Below, one piece after another: positions 38,921-49,534 of a stretch of DNA of 64,000 nt. The position numbers and the translations under genes are program-made. The DNA comes from an uncultured Rhodospirillaceae bacterium. Its GTDB lineage: Bacteria > Pseudomonadota > Alphaproteobacteria > Rhodospirillales > Defluviicoccaceae. The notes under the pieces are model-generated. The model was not told the origin of the DNA and did no database searches. It saw only the letters and a list, made by a program, of their open reading frames with translations. Positions within the stretch are counted from its first letter, which is position 1. Each line of letters opens with the position of its first letter. The stretch is taken from positions 27,580-91,579 of the forward strand of contig CAZRWU010000001.1 in the NCBI GenBank assembly GCA_964603915.1, in the 5' to 3' direction.

Positions 38921-39288
38921 ACCGGATGATCCATGGCGGAAACTGCCGGACTTGAAGCAAACATCCAGCCACGGAACACCAGCATGGGAACCTCGTTCGG
39001 GCGGCTTTCCTCGATCTGAAGGAAGGCCGCGGACTCGGGTGGCTCTTCGGGCGGCCGCTTGTCGCAGGTGCGCGCGACGATTCGAAGTGTTCCGAACGTC
39101 ACCGGATGACCGATCGGAGCCTCGATCGTCGAAACCCGCGCCGTCACTTTATCGAGAGCACGCAGCACGGCCACGTCGGCGGGCTCCGCGGCGCCCGTCC
39201 CGCCGGCCGATGCTGCGACGACAAGACCGATCCCGATGGCGTGGCGTCGGCGTTGGCGAAACAAAGAGAGCATGCCGTCAACGATCAT
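38845..39288 (-). CDS. DUF2155 domain protein
   Basis: ATG 39288 with a signal peptide. The pattern VLRALDKVTARVSTIEAPIG...FLQIEE...HPVYDIWVLDC is seen. The 3' end overlaps the aat 3' end. Confidence 0.7.
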   Translation of the reverse strand: MIVDGMLSLFRQRRRHAIGIGLVVAASAGGTGAAEPADVAVLRALDKVTARVSTIEAPIGHPVTFGTLRIVARTCDKRPPEEPPESAAFLQIEESRPNEVPMLVFRGWMFASSPAVSAMDHPVYDIWVLDCVSSASTAASTESDSSE

Positions 39289-39400
39289 CCGGGCGAAAGG
39301 TTCGGGCTCGCCGGGCCGTCCGCACCGGCGCCGGCTTAGCCTAGTATACCTGTTCTCTCTCATTCCGGCGTGACCTCGTAAACACGATCGCCAACGCCGA

Positions 39401-39922
39401 TCACGGTTCCGCGCTCAGCGACGGCGCGAATGAAGGCGCGTCCTCGGCCGGCTCCTCGGTTGGCGTTTGCTGACCGCCCGGCGTCGTCGCCAGAAAGAGA
39501 ATTTCCCCGACCTGATCTTCAAGCGATCGGTAAGCCCTGGTTTCCGTGATGCTGCCTCCCGGTTCGATGTACGTCGTCGCCTGACCCGGCTCGAGCCGTA
39601 CATACTTGCCGCCGAGGATCCCCTGGCTGTCGATCGACGCCACCGTATCCTCGGGAAGCCTGACGCCATCATTGATGCTCATGGTTACGATCGCGTCGTA
39701 AGTGTCGGGGTCGAGCCTCGTTCCGGTGACCGTCCCGACCTTGATGCCGTTGATCTGCACGTCGCTGCCGGTGGCGAGGCCGCCGATCCTGAAGAACTCG
39801 GCGTTAACGGTGTAGCCCGGCGCAATGCCGATCCCGGCTGTCGCATAAGCGAAGTATACGAATACCGCGGCGACGACCAACACCACCGCTCCCATGACCG
39901 ATTCGATAACGTGCCTGCGCAC
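39401..39922 (-). CDS. mlaD: MlaD/MCE-domain protein (outer-membrane lipid asymmetry family)
   Basis: 173 aa with an N-terminal TM helix and an MCE domain (GIKVGTVTG...GILGGKYVRLEPG). Confidence 0.75.
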   Translation of the reverse strand: MRRHVIESVMGAVVLVVAAVFVYFAYATAGIGIAPGYTVNAEFFRIGGLATGSDVQINGIKVGTVTGTRLDPDTYDAIVTMSINDGVRLPEDTVASIDSQGILGGKYVRLEPGQATTYIEPGGSITETRAYRSLEDQVGEILFLATTPGGQQTPTEEPAEDAPSFAPSLSAEP

Positions 39923-39924
39923 CG

Positions 39925-40416
39925 CTAATTTCCTTTTACATCCTCCTGATCGGCCTCCACCCGCGCCGCTCTGCCTTGCGCGATGATCAGCTCAAGCAGT
40001 TGACTGACGATCAACGCGTCCTGCGTGAACGTAATGGTATCGCCATCCCCGAGCATCGCGTCGGCGCCTCCGGGATCGAGGTTCATGAACTTTGTCCCGA
40101 ACAATCCGTCGGTGTGGACCGCCGCCGCCGTATCGACGGGAAGCGCGACACCGGGCCTGATCCAAAGCGTCACGCGCGCGCGATTGTTGTCCACGAGCGT
40201 CATTTGCTGAACCCTGCCGACATCGATTCCCGAAACGTACACAGGCGCGCCTTCCGTCAAGCCGTCGACGCGATTGAAGGTGGCGTAAATCCGGAGCCCG
40301 CTCAACTCGCCCCCCCCCAACCGGGTCTGACCACTATAGGACAGGACGAGAAGGACAGCCAATCCGATCAACGCGGCGGCTCCAATGGCCGCATCGCGGT
40401 TTTCGCTGCGCTTCAT
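39925..40416 (-). CDS. MlaD/MCE-domain protein, second tandem copy
   Basis: ATG 40416 (MKRSENRDAAIG...). TM helix and MCE domain (GIDVGRVQQ...GLFGTKFMNLDPG). Contains a G9 run. Confidence 0.7.
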   Translation of the reverse strand: MKRSENRDAAIGAAALIGLAVLLVLSYSGQTRLGGGELSGLRIYATFNRVDGLTEGAPVYVSGIDVGRVQQMTLVDNNRARVTLWIRPGVALPVDTAAAVHTDGLFGTKFMNLDPGGADAMLGDGDTITFTQDALIVSQLLELIIAQGRAARVEADQEDVKGN

Positions 40417-40495
40417 CGCGCGGACCCCGCGCCGGCGTTCCGGCGCGGGAGGTTCAAGGTATGGCGGCGGCCGAGGAGGGTTCGGCTTAAACGCG

Positions 40496-40849
40496 TCACC
40501 CCGGCGTCCACGGCTCGTAATCGCCCGTTGCATGGGCGCGCTTGCCGCCGCGAAGCTCGTGGCCCTTGGGCCGATACGCGTAAGGAGTCCCGGTCAGATT
40601 GGGCACATGCTCTTTCTGCCAAGGCCAGCGCTTCGCTTCGTCCGTCAAAGGCTCCTCGACCATGTGATGAAGCCACGCATGCCATTCCGCCGGCACCTTG
40701 CTGGCCTCGACGTCGCCTTTGTAGACAACCCAGCGGCGCTCACGCCCGTAGCGGCCCATTCGCCGGTTGCGATAATAGCGGTTGCCGAACGCATCGGCGC
40801 CCACCTTCTCGCCGCGCAGCCAAGTAAACAGCCTCGTGCCCAGATCCAT
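40496..40849 (-). CDS. NDUFA12-family (NADH:ubiquinone oxidoreductase 17.2 kDa subunit-like) protein
   Basis: 117 aa with FGNRYYR...RRWVVYKGDVEASKVPAEWHAWLHH. Confidence 0.8.
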   Translation of the reverse strand: MDLGTRLFTWLRGEKVGADAFGNRYYRNRRMGRYGRERRWVVYKGDVEASKVPAEWHAWLHHMVEEPLTDEAKRWPWQKEHVPNLTGTPYAYRPKGHELRGGKRAHATGDYEPWTPG

Positions 40850-41111
40850 CGCTCGTCAGCCTGTCATCACCAAACTTTAAGCAGTACCGTTCTTGCCGTC
40901 GCGCCTTCGATGAAGACGGCGGAAGCGGCGGCACTATGGCACCACGGATTCGGAGCGTCCAGTACAAGACGCTTTGGCGACATCGTTGCTCGATCCTTCC
41001 GCCCTCTTGCGCTCCCTCTCGCCCGGCGATCGCAGGTGATTCGCGCCGGCGCCCAGACCGCGCCTGACGTTGCCCAACCCGTCGCGACGAGAGGAGGGCA
41101 TCAGGTGTCAA

Positions 41112-41127
41112 GCACTAAATGTAGTTG
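41112..41127. promoter_or_regulatory. NrdR-box candidate upstream of nrdJ
   Basis: GCACTAAATGTAGTTG matches 11 of 16 positions of the NrdR palindrome acaCwAtATaTwGtgt. A weaker second match is centred 32 bp downstream (41144..41159). Confidence 0.3.
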
Positions 41128-41330
41128 TTTTCTGCCTCAAGAGACCGTAGCATTTGTGGCGCTGACGGAAAATATGCGGCGAAATTTTCAACAAACCCTT
41201 GACGCGGCAGTCTCTCGTCACGCGGCGAGGACATGACACAGCCCGCTACGATGCGATGGCGGTTGCCGGGTCGATTGGCGAGGCGGTCAGCCTCGCGCTC
41301 ATAGATTTAGATTAAGGAAGATTGACCATC

Positions 41331-44300
41331 ATGCGGATCCAGCGGTTTTTCACCAAACCAAACGTGTCTCCCTATCTCACATTCGAGTGGCGCGAAACCT
41401 TCAGCGAAATCCGCAATCCCGACGGCTCGACGGTTTTCCGTCAGGACCAGATCCGGGTGCCGAGCCACTGGTCGCAGGTCGCCTGCGACGTCCTCGCCCA
41501 GAAATATTTCCGCAAGGCGGGCGTGCCCCAAGCCCGCAACGCCATTCCCGAGCCCGGCGTGCCGCAATGGCTGCAACGGCGCGCCGCCGATGACGAAGCC
41601 CTTGCCGCTCTGCCCGAAGGGCAAAGATATCGCGGCGAGACCAGCGCCGAGGAAGTTTTCGACCGCCTTGCCGGCGCCTGGACCTACTGGGGGTGGAAAG
41701 GAGGCTACTTTGCCGAGGAGGATGACGCCTCCGCCTTCTACGATGAAATCCGCTACATGTTGTGCGCCCAGATGTGCGCGCCTAACTCCCCGCAGTGGTT
41801 CAATACCGGGCTGCACTGGGCTTACGGCATCGACGGACCGGCGCAGGGTCATTTTTACGCGGACGACGCCACCGGCGAAATCGTCGCGTCGACGTCCGCG
41901 TACGAGCATCCCCAGCCGCACGCCTGCTTCATCCAGAGCATTTCCGACGATCTCGTCAATGAAGGCGGGATCATGGACTTGTGGGTTCGCGAGGCGCGGC
42001 TGTTCAAATACGGCTCCGGGACCGGCACCAACTTTTCGCGGCTGCGCGGCGCGGCCGAACCTCTCTCCGGAGGCGGCCGTTCCTCGGGCCTGATGAGCTT
42101 CCTCAAGATCGGCGATCGGGCCGCCGGGGCGATCAAGTCGGGCGGCACCACCCGCCGCGCCGCGAAAATGGTGGTGGTCGATATCGACCATCCCGACATC
42201 GAGGACTTCGTCAACTGGAAGGTGCGCGAAGAGCAGAAAGTCGCCGCCCTCGTCGCCGGCTCGCGCCTCGCCAACAAGCGTCTCGAGGAAGTCATGGCGG
42301 CCTGTCGCGACGGTCTCGCGCAAGCGCAAGGCGATGGCGATCGAGAGGCCGCTTTCGATCCCAAGCGCAATGCCGCCTTGAAGAAAGCGATCAGGGCGAG
42401 CCGCCGGGCGATGATCCCGGAGAACTATATACAGCGGATCATCGCGCTCGCCCGCCAGGGCGTCAGGACCGTTTCCTTCCCGGTGCTCGACACCGATTGG
42501 GATTCCGAGGCCTACCTCACCGTCTCCGGGCAGAACGCCAACAACAGTGTGCGCGTCACCAACGAGTTTCTGGAAAGCATGCTCGCCGACCAGGACTGGG
42601 CGTTGATCCGGCGCACCGACGGCGTGGTCGCCAAACAAATTCCGGCTCGCGAGCTGTGGAACCAGATTTCCGCCGCCGCCTGGGCCTGCGCCGATCCCGG
42701 CATCCAGTTCGATACGACGATCAACGAGTGGCACACCTGTCCCGAAAGCGGGCGCATCAACGCCTCCAATCCGTGCTCGGAGTACATGTTCCTCGATGAC
42801 ACCGCTTGCAATCTTGCCTCGCTCAACCTGCTCGCGTTCCAACGCGACGACGGCGCTTTCGACATAGCGGCATTCGAGCACGCCGTGCGGCTATGGACCC
42901 TGGTGCTCGAGGTCTCGGTGATGATGGCGCAATTTCCGGCGCGCCGGATCGCCGAGCTGTCCTATCAGTTCCGTACCCTTGGCCTCGGCTTCGCCAATAT
43001 CGGCGGATACCTGATGGGCGCCGGCATCCCCTACGACTCGGAGTCCGGGCGCAGCATCTGCGCCGCGGTTTCCGCGCTGATGACCGGCACCGCCTATGCG
43101 ACATCGGCGGAGATCGCGGCCCGGAAGGGGCCGTTCCCCCGCTTCGGCGACAATCGCGAGGCCATGCTTCGCGTCATCCGCAATCACCGGCGCGCCGCGC
43201 ACGGCAGGACCACGGGTTATGAAGGCCTCTCGATCACGCCGCTGCCGCTGAAACGCGATGCCAATCCCGATCCCGCGCTCGTCGCGGCCGCGCGCGAAGC
43301 GTGGGATCGCGCTCTTTCTCTTGGCGAAGTCCACGGCTTTCGCAACGCGCAGGCGACGGTCGTCGCGCCGACCGGCACGATCGGCCTGGTCATGGACTGC
43401 GACACCACCGGCATCGAGCCCGACTTCGCCCTGGTCAAATTCAAAAAGCTGGCCGGCGGCGGTTATTTCAAGATCATCAATCGCGTCGTGCCGACCGCCC
43501 TCACCCGCCTTGGTTATGACGAGGCGGCGATCGAGGCGATCGTCCGCTACGCCGTCGGCAACCGGACCCTCAGCAACGCCCCCCGCATCAACCATGACTC
43601 GCTCATGGCGAAGGGCTTCACGCCGTCGGTGCTGGAGCTCATCGAACGGGCCCTCGCCGACGCCTTCGACATCCGCTTCGTCTTCAACAAGTGGACCATC
43701 GGCGAGGACTTCTGTTTGAACCACCTGAAAATCCCGGCTGACACACTCGACAACCCCGGGTTCTGCATGCTCACCACCCTGGGCTTCGACGCCGAGGACA
43801 TCGAGGCCGCCAACACCTTCGCCTGCGGCGCCATGACGGTTGAAGGCGCCCCCTATCTTCGCGACAAAGACCTGCCGGTTTTCGACTGCGCGAGTCCCTG
43901 CGGGCGTATCGGCCGCCGTTTCCTTTCGGTCGAAAGCCACATCCGGATGATGGCGGCGGCGCAACCGTTCATCAGCGGCGCGATCTCCAAGACGATCAAC
44001 ATGCCTCACGCGGCGACGATCGACGACTGCACCGCCGCGTATCTGATGTCGTGGCAGTTGGGACTCAAGGCGACGGCGCTTTATCGGGACGGATCGAAAC
44101 TCTCCCAGCCGCTCGCGGCCGCTTTGCTCGATCCGGCTGATGCGGCCGAACTCGCCGAGGAGCTCGCCGATGAGCCCGCCGCGCGGCGCACCGAAATCGT
44201 GACTGAGCGTGTTGTCGAGCGGATCGTCGCGCTCGCCAAGCCGGAGCGCGCCGGCCTGCCGAGCCGCCGCAAAGGCTATACCCAGAAGGCGACCGTCGGC

Positions 44301-45080
44301 GGCCACAAGATCTACCTGCGCACCGGCGAATACGAGGACGGCCGCCTTGGCGAAATCTTTATCGACATGCACAAGGAAGGCGCGGCGTTCCGCAGCTTGA
44401 TGAACAATTTCGCCATCGCCATTTCGATCGGCCTGCAATACGGCGTTCCGCTCGAGGAGTTCGTCGAGGCGTTCACGTTCACCCGTTTCGAGCCCTCGGG
44501 GATCGTCGAGGGCAACGACACCATAAAAATGGCGACATCCATCGTCGATTACATGTTCCGCGAACTGGCGGTTTCCTACCTTGGCCGCTACGACCTTGCC
44601 CATGTCGATCCCAAGGATCTCGACTCGGATGGGCTCGGCCGCGGCGGGACCGGCGGACTCATGTCCCGGGACAGCGACGACGATCCCATTCCGTTCGTGC
44701 GCAGACTCACCAGCAACGGCTATGTGCGAAACCGTTTCCGGGTCTACAGCGGCGCACGACGCAACGGAGAGGAAGCTGTATCGGCCGGAATGGAGTCGGA
44801 GCCGGCAGGCGTTGTCGAGACGGAAACGGTTGGCGCGGTTGCGGTCGAAGCCGGCGGCGATCTGCCGTTGGCGTCGGCTCTTGCCGCCGGCGAGGCGATG
44901 GCGGGCGGCTCCGCCCAGGCCCTGATGGAAACGATGGCCCATCAGCATCATCGCGTTCACTCGGCGAAGATGCTAGGTTACGATGGCGATTCGTGCAGCG
45001 AATGCGGCAACTTCACGCTGGTGCGGAATGGCACGTGCCTGAAGTGCGTCACCTGCGGCAGCACCACGGGATGCTCCTGA
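41331..45080 (+). CDS. nrdJ: Adenosylcobalamin-dependent ribonucleoside-diphosphate reductase (class II)
   Basis: About 1250 aa. Class II RNR motifs ([21 protein letters not shown]) and a C-terminal Cys cluster ([27 protein letters not shown]). ATG 41331 lies 10 nt after AAGGAAG. Confidence 0.9.
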   Translation: MRIQRFFTKPNVSPYLTFEWRETFSEIRNPDGSTVFRQDQIRVPSHWSQVACDVLAQKYFRKAGVPQARNAIPEPGVPQWLQRRAADDEALAALPEGQRYRGETSAEEVFDRLAGAWTYWGWKGGYFAEEDDASAFYDEIRYMLCAQMCAPNSPQWFNTGLHWAYGIDGPAQGHFYADDATGEIVASTSAYEHPQPHACFIQSISDDLVNEGGIMDLWVREARLFKYGSGTGTNFSRLRGAAEPLSGGGRSSGLMSFLKIGDRAAGAIKSGGTTRRAAKMVVVDIDHPDIEDFVNWKVREEQKVAALVAGSRLANKRLEEVMAACRDGLAQAQGDGDREAAFDPKRNAALKKAIRASRRAMIPENYIQRIIALARQGVRTVSFPVLDTDWDSEAYLTVSGQNANNSVRVTNEFLESMLADQDWALIRRTDGVVAKQIPARELWNQISAAAWACADPGIQFDTTINEWHTCPESGRINASNPCSEYMFLDDTACNLASLNLLAFQRDDGAFDIAAFEHAVRLWTLVLEVSVMMAQFPARRIAELSYQFRTLGLGFANIGGYLMGAGIPYDSESGRSICAAVSALMTGTAYATSAEIAARKGPFPRFGDNREAMLRVIRNHRRAAHGRTTGYEGLSITPLPLKRDANPDPALVAAAREAWDRALSLGEVHGFRNAQATVVAPTGTIGLVMDCDTTGIEPDFALVKFKKLAGGGYFKIINRVVPTALTRLGYDEAAIEAIVRYAVGNRTLSNAPRINHDSLMAKGFTPSVLELIERALADAFDIRFVFNKWTIGEDFCLNHLKIPADTLDNPGFCMLTTLGFDAEDIEAANTFACGAMTVEGAPYLRDKDLPVFDCASPCGRIGRRFLSVESHIRMMAAAQPFISGAISKTINMPHAATIDDCTAAYLMSWQLGLKATALYRDGSKLSQPLAAALLDPADAAELAEELADEPAARRTEIVTERVVERIVALAKPERAGLPSRRKGYTQKATVGGHKIYLRTGEYEDGRLGEIFIDMHKEGAAFRSLMNNFAIAISIGLQYGVPLEEFVEAFTFTRFEPSGIVEGNDTIKMATSIVDYMFRELAVSYLGRYDLAHVDPKDLDSDGLGRGGTGGLMSRDSDDDPIPFVRRLTSNGYVRNRFRVYSGARRNGEEAVSAGMESEPAGVVETETVGAVAVEAGGDLPLASALAAGEAMAGGSAQALMETMAHQHHRVHSAKMLGYDGDSCSECGNFTLVRNGTCLKCVTCGSTTGCS

Positions 45081-45125
45081 CGCGGCTTTGCCGGCTATAC
45101 AAGACGGCGCAGCACGCAAGGCGCG

Positions 45126-46058
45126 TTAAAGGAGTGGCTTCAGCGTCGTCTCCGCCCGCAAGCGAGCGACATCGGCGGGAGTCAACCCCGCCGTCGTTCG
45201 CAGCGCGTTCGCCGCTCCGGCGGCCGTGGCCAAGCGCAAGGCGTCTTCCGCCGAACCGCCTTCCGGCCACCCCGCCACGAGTCCGGCAAGGAAGCAATCA
45301 CCCGAGCCGACGGCGCTGATCGCGGCGATCGGAGGCGGGCGCGCCCACAGCCGCGAGCCGTCGCCGACAAGCACCGCGCCCGCCGCGCCCAATGTAACGG
45401 CGACACATGGCGCGCCATCCCGCCGGATCGCTTCCGCGGCCGCGGCGGCGTCCTCGGCCGATACGATGGGATGACCGGCAAGGGCCGCCGCCTCATCGGC
45501 GTTGACCTTGACGCCGGCGACCGGCGCGCTCAGCGCCTCGGCGAGGGCGGCGCCGCTGACATCCACCCACACGGGACAGCCGGGTCGTCCGGCGCCGCCG
45601 ACCAGCGCGCTTAGGCCGCCTGCGGGCGTCCCGGGGGGCAGGCTGCCGCTAATGCAGACGACGTCGGCGCCTTGCGCCGCGGCGGCGACGTCGCCAACGA
45701 AACGATCCCATGTCGCGGCCGAGATGGCGCACCCCGGCTCATTGATCACGCTCGCCGTGCCGTCGCCGCCGACGATGATAACGCACGTTCGGTTGTCGCC
45801 GTGATCCATCCAGGTCCACGCCGTGTCGAGTCCTTCCGCGGCGGCCAGTTCTGCGACTAGGTAGCCCATGCGGCCGCCAAGCATGCCGGCGCAGGTCCCG
45901 CGATGGCCAAGCGCGGCGACGGCGCGGGCGACGTTGACGCCCTTGCCCCCGCAGGCAACGTGGACCTTGGTCGCCCGCCAGACGCCGCCGATCGCAAAGC
46001 CGGGGACGACAAGAGTGCGGTCGATGGCGACGTTCGGCGTGACACAGAGAATGTGCAT
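45126..46058 (-). CDS. PfkB-family sugar kinase (1-phosphofructokinase/tagatose-6-P kinase group)
   Basis: ATG 46058 (MHILCVTPNVAIDRT). GGKGVNVA near the N-terminus and GSGDCFLAG near the C-terminus. Confidence 0.8.
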   Translation of the reverse strand: MHILCVTPNVAIDRTLVVPGFAIGGVWRATKVHVACGGKGVNVARAVAALGHRGTCAGMLGGRMGYLVAELAAAEGLDTAWTWMDHGDNRTCVIIVGGDGTASVINEPGCAISAATWDRFVGDVAAAAQGADVVCISGSLPPGTPAGGLSALVGGAGRPGCPVWVDVSGAALAEALSAPVAGVKVNADEAAALAGHPIVSAEDAAAAAEAIRRDGAPCVAVTLGAAGAVLVGDGSRLWARPPPIAAISAVGSGDCFLAGLVAGWPEGGSAEDALRLATAAGAANALRTTAGLTPADVARLRAETTLKPLL

Positions 46059-46162
46059 GGACACAAGCTTCCGCGATTGCCGCAAGCGAGACAACACCCG
46101 GCGTTGTCATGCATGCGAGCGGCTGAAATAGTAGATCTCGCATCAAAACCTCGGAGTGGGTC

Positions 46163-47005
46163 ATGCCAAGCAGCAAGCCAACCTTGTGCGGATCCATCGC
46201 CGCGCGTCCCGGCGTCTTCGGCGTCGCCATGCACACCGCCGCCTACCGGGCGATGGGCCTGGATTATGTCTACGTCGCCTTTGGCACCGAGGACACCGCC
46301 GGCGCCGTCGCCGCGGTCCGAACGCTCGGCATACGCGGCCTCGGCGTCACCATGCCGCACAAGGTCCGGATCATCGAGCATCTTGACGTGGTGGAGGAGA
46401 CGGCGCGGACCATCGGCGCGGTGAACACGGTCGTCAACGACCAGGGCGTGCTGACCGGCCACAACGTCGATTGGATCGGCGCGGTTCGCGCCATCGAGGA
46501 ACGCGCGCCGCTGTCGGGGCAACGGGCCGCCGTTATCGGCGCCGGCGGCGGCGCCCGGTCGATCGTCTACGGGCTTCTCAAGAAGGACTGCCGCGTCACG
46601 GTCTACAATCGCAGCGAAAGCCGTGGACGATCCCTGGCGGCGGCGGTGGGCGCCGCCTTCGGCGGCTCTCCGGCCGCTCTCGCCGATGCGCCGCCTTTCG
46701 ATCTGCTTGCCCATGCGACATCCGTCGGACTGGGCGCTCCCGAGGACAGCATCATTCCCGAGGCGGCCCTGCGCCCGGGCATGATCGTTTTCGATTCGGT
46801 CGCCATGCCTATCGAAACGAAGCTGCTGCGCGATGCGGCCGCGCGGGGCTGCGTCGCCATTCCCGGCGTTCGCATGCAAATCCATCAGGCCGTCTGCCAG
46901 TTTGCCCTTTATACGGGACGCGAGCCGGATTTCGCGGTCATGGAAACGGCGCTGCTCGAGGCAATGGTCGCGGCTCATGCGCCCAGCGCGGCCGGCAAGG
47001 GATAG
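46163..47005 (+). CDS. Shikimate dehydrogenase family protein
   Basis: 280 aa. Motifs seen: GLGVTMPHK, NTVVN, IGAGGGARS. Confidence 0.8.
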   Translation: MPSSKPTLCGSIAARPGVFGVAMHTAAYRAMGLDYVYVAFGTEDTAGAVAAVRTLGIRGLGVTMPHKVRIIEHLDVVEETARTIGAVNTVVNDQGVLTGHNVDWIGAVRAIEERAPLSGQRAAVIGAGGGARSIVYGLLKKDCRVTVYNRSESRGRSLAAAVGAAFGGSPAALADAPPFDLLAHATSVGLGAPEDSIIPEAALRPGMIVFDSVAMPIETKLLRDAAARGCVAIPGVRMQIHQAVCQFALYTGREPDFAVMETALLEAMVAAHAPSAAGKG

Positions 47006-47035
47006 GCGCAAAGAGAACCACGCCCCCATAAGGAA

Positions 47036-48046
47036 TCAGTGATAGCCTTCATCGGCCCGCACCTTGCCGCGAAACACGTAATAGGAATATGCCGTGTAGA
47101 GCAGGATGATCGGGACCACGATCGCCACGCCGACAAGCAGGAAGATCAGCGACTTCTCATCGGCGGCGGCATCCCAGATCGTGATATCCGGGGGCACGAC
47201 GTTGGGCCACAGGCTGATCGCGAGCCCGGCGTACGAGAGCGCGAAAATGCCGAGCGAGAGAATGAACGGCAACGCCTCACGGCGGCGCTCCAGGGCCAGG
47301 TAAAGGCCGACGGCGACCAGTCCGGTGAGGATCGGCACCGGCGATAGATAGACGATGTTCGGCCAGGAAAACCAGCGCGCAGCGATGTCTTCGTGGGCCA
47401 GCGGCGTCCAGATGCTGACGAGCGCAATGAAGAAAAGCACCGCGAACAGAGCGATCCGGGCTATGCGAAACGCCCATGCTTGGAGAGAGCCTTCCGTCTT
47501 CATGACGATCCAGGTGCTGCCGAGCAACATGTAGCCGGCCACCATGCCGATGCCGATGGCGATGCCGAAGGGCGTCAGCCAATCCATCACGCCGCCGACA
47601 TAGTCTCGCCCGACGACTTCGAATCCGGTGATGAACGCGCCGAGAATGATTCCCTGGGAGAACGTCGCGAGCAACGATCCCAGATGGAAAGACCAGCTCC
47701 AGATCGCGCGATGGCGTTCGGTCTTAAAGCGAAACTCGAACGCCACGCCGCGAAAGATGAGGGCGATCAGCATCAACAGCACGGGCAGGTACAGGGCGGG
47801 CAGGATGGTCGCGTAGGCGATCGGGAACGCGGCAAGCAGGCCGGTGCCGCCAAGGACGAGCCACGTCTCGTTGCCGTCCCAGATCGGGGCGACGGAATTC
47901 ATCATGATGTCGCGATGTCCTTCGTCCCGGGCGAAGGGGAAAATGATCCCGACGCCGAGGTCGAACCCGTCCATCAGCACGTACATGAAGACGCCGAAGG
48001 CGATGACTCCGGCCCAGATCAGCGGAAGATCGACGTCGATGGTCAC
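47036..48046 (-). CDS. cydB: Cytochrome bd-type ubiquinol oxidase subunit II
   Basis: 336-aa polytopic protein with a typical CydB N-terminus (LPLIWAGVIAFGVFMYVLMDGFDLGVG). Overlaps the cydA stop by 4 nt. Confidence 0.9.
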   Translation of the reverse strand: MTIDVDLPLIWAGVIAFGVFMYVLMDGFDLGVGIIFPFARDEGHRDIMMNSVAPIWDGNETWLVLGGTGLLAAFPIAYATILPALYLPVLLMLIALIFRGVAFEFRFKTERHRAIWSWSFHLGSLLATFSQGIILGAFITGFEVVGRDYVGGVMDWLTPFGIAIGIGMVAGYMLLGSTWIVMKTEGSLQAWAFRIARIALFAVLFFIALVSIWTPLAHEDIAARWFSWPNIVYLSPVPILTGLVAVGLYLALERRREALPFILSLGIFALSYAGLAISLWPNVVPPDITIWDAAADEKSLIFLLVGVAIVVPIILLYTAYSYYVFRGKVRADEGYH

Positions 48047-49449
48047 TCTCCTGCTCCCCCCGCTGGCGTCCGCGCGTCGGCGCCGGAAAGCGGGCGCTGC
48101 GGCGTCCGCGCCGGCCGCCTGCTTTCCTCTGGGACCTCCGGCTGCGGACCCCGGCGGACGAGAACCATGATGTAATAGGTGCCGGCGGAAAAGATGATCG
48201 CGTAGGCAATGAAAAACGTGATCAACGACGTTATCACGCGTCCTTCGGTAATCGCGGGCGAGACGCCCTCGGTGGTTCGAATCAGATCATAGACAATCCA
48301 CGTCTGGCTGCCAACCTCGGTGGTGATCCAGCCGGCAATGACCGCAACGAAGCCGATCGGGATGCAAGCGACGCACAGCCGCAGAAACCATGTGCGCTCA
48401 TAGAGAGTGTTGCGGATACGGAGCACGACCCCCGACACGGCGACGAACACCATGAGCAATCCGATCCCCACCATAACCCGGAAGGACGCGAAGACCAGAG
48501 GAACGTAAGGCCGGTCATCGGGCGCCCAATCCTTCAAGCCGGGCACCGGTCCCATCACCTGATGGGTCAGGATCAGGCTGCCGAGAAGCGGAATCTTGAG
48601 TTCCCAGTGGTTCGTTTCGGCTTCCACATCGGGAATAGCAAAAACAATCAGGGGCGCGCCTTCTTGTGCTTCCCAGTGACCCTCCATCGCGGTCACCTTG
48701 GCCGGCTGGTGAGCGAAGGTGTTCAGGCCGTGCAGATCGCCAAGAACGATCTGCATCGGCGCAAGAATCGCGATCAGGCCGATACCCATCCACATCATGG
48801 TCTTGGCCTCGGGCACGAACCGACGCTTGAGGAGGTAGAGAGCCGCGACGCCGATGACCACGAAGGCCGTCGTCAGATAACACGCCGTGATCATGTGCAT
48901 AAAGCGATACGGGAACGACGGATTGAAGATCGCGTCCGTCCAGCTCGTCACATGGAACGTTCCGTCGATGATTTCATAGCCGGCCGGCGTGTGCATCCAG
49001 CTGTTGGCCGACAGAATCCAGAAGGCTGAGAACAGCGTGCCGAGCGCCACCATTAACGCCGAAAAAAAGTGAATCGGCCGCGGCACGCGATTGCGCCCGA
49101 ACAGAAGAATCCCGAGGAACGTCGCTTCGAGAAAAAACGCGATGAGAACCTCGTAGCCCATCAAGGGGCCAAGCACATTTGCGGTCAGATCGGCGAAGCG
49201 GCTCCAGTTGGTTCCGAACTGATAGGACATGACGATCCCGGAGACGACCCCCATGCCGAACGAGACCGCGAAGATTCGCGTCCAGAACTTTGATATGACG
49301 AGGTATTTTTCATTTCCGGTCTTGAGCCATAGGCCTTCGAGAACGGCGATATAGGAGGCGAGGCCAATAGTGAATGCAGGAAATAGGATATGAAAGGAAA
49401 CTACGAATCCGAACTGGATCCGTGACAGAAAGAGAGCATCAAGCTCCAT
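48043..49449 (-). CDS. cydA: Cytochrome bd-type ubiquinol oxidase subunit I
   Basis: 468 aa. N-terminus reads LSRIQFGFVVSFHILFPAFTIGL; GWITTEVGSQTW is also present. Confidence 0.9.
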   Translation of the reverse strand: MELDALFLSRIQFGFVVSFHILFPAFTIGLASYIAVLEGLWLKTGNEKYLVISKFWTRIFAVSFGMGVVSGIVMSYQFGTNWSRFADLTANVLGPLMGYEVLIAFFLEATFLGILLFGRNRVPRPIHFFSALMVALGTLFSAFWILSANSWMHTPAGYEIIDGTFHVTSWTDAIFNPSFPYRFMHMITACYLTTAFVVIGVAALYLLKRRFVPEAKTMMWMGIGLIAILAPMQIVLGDLHGLNTFAHQPAKVTAMEGHWEAQEGAPLIVFAIPDVEAETNHWELKIPLLGSLILTHQVMGPVPGLKDWAPDDRPYVPLVFASFRVMVGIGLLMVFVAVSGVVLRIRNTLYERTWFLRLCVACIPIGFVAVIAGWITTEVGSQTWIVYDLIRTTEGVSPAITEGRVITSLITFFIAYAIIFSAGTYYIMVLVRRGPQPEVPEESRRPARTPQRPLSGADARTPAGGAGE

Positions 49450-49534
49450 GTCAGTTTTTTCTCCTAATCCACTGCGTCTGTTTGCTTATCATGATGATTT
49501 CCGGGCCGCTCGCGTGCCTGGGGCGCCGCCGCGG

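Noticed and set aside
40385-41236. ORFs 40385..41236 (+) and 40740..41111 (-) in the nrdJ upstream region
   Set aside because: Both are Arg/Pro/Ser-rich with no family resemblance. The first overlaps the NDUFA12-like and MCE genes. I treat them as non-coding leader or promoter DNA.
40850-41330. Possible cobalamin riboswitch ahead of the B12-dependent nrdJ
   Set aside because: I could not find the conserved B12-box core or the expected multi-stem layout. Cobalamin riboswitches normally repress B12-independent isozymes, not nrdJ.
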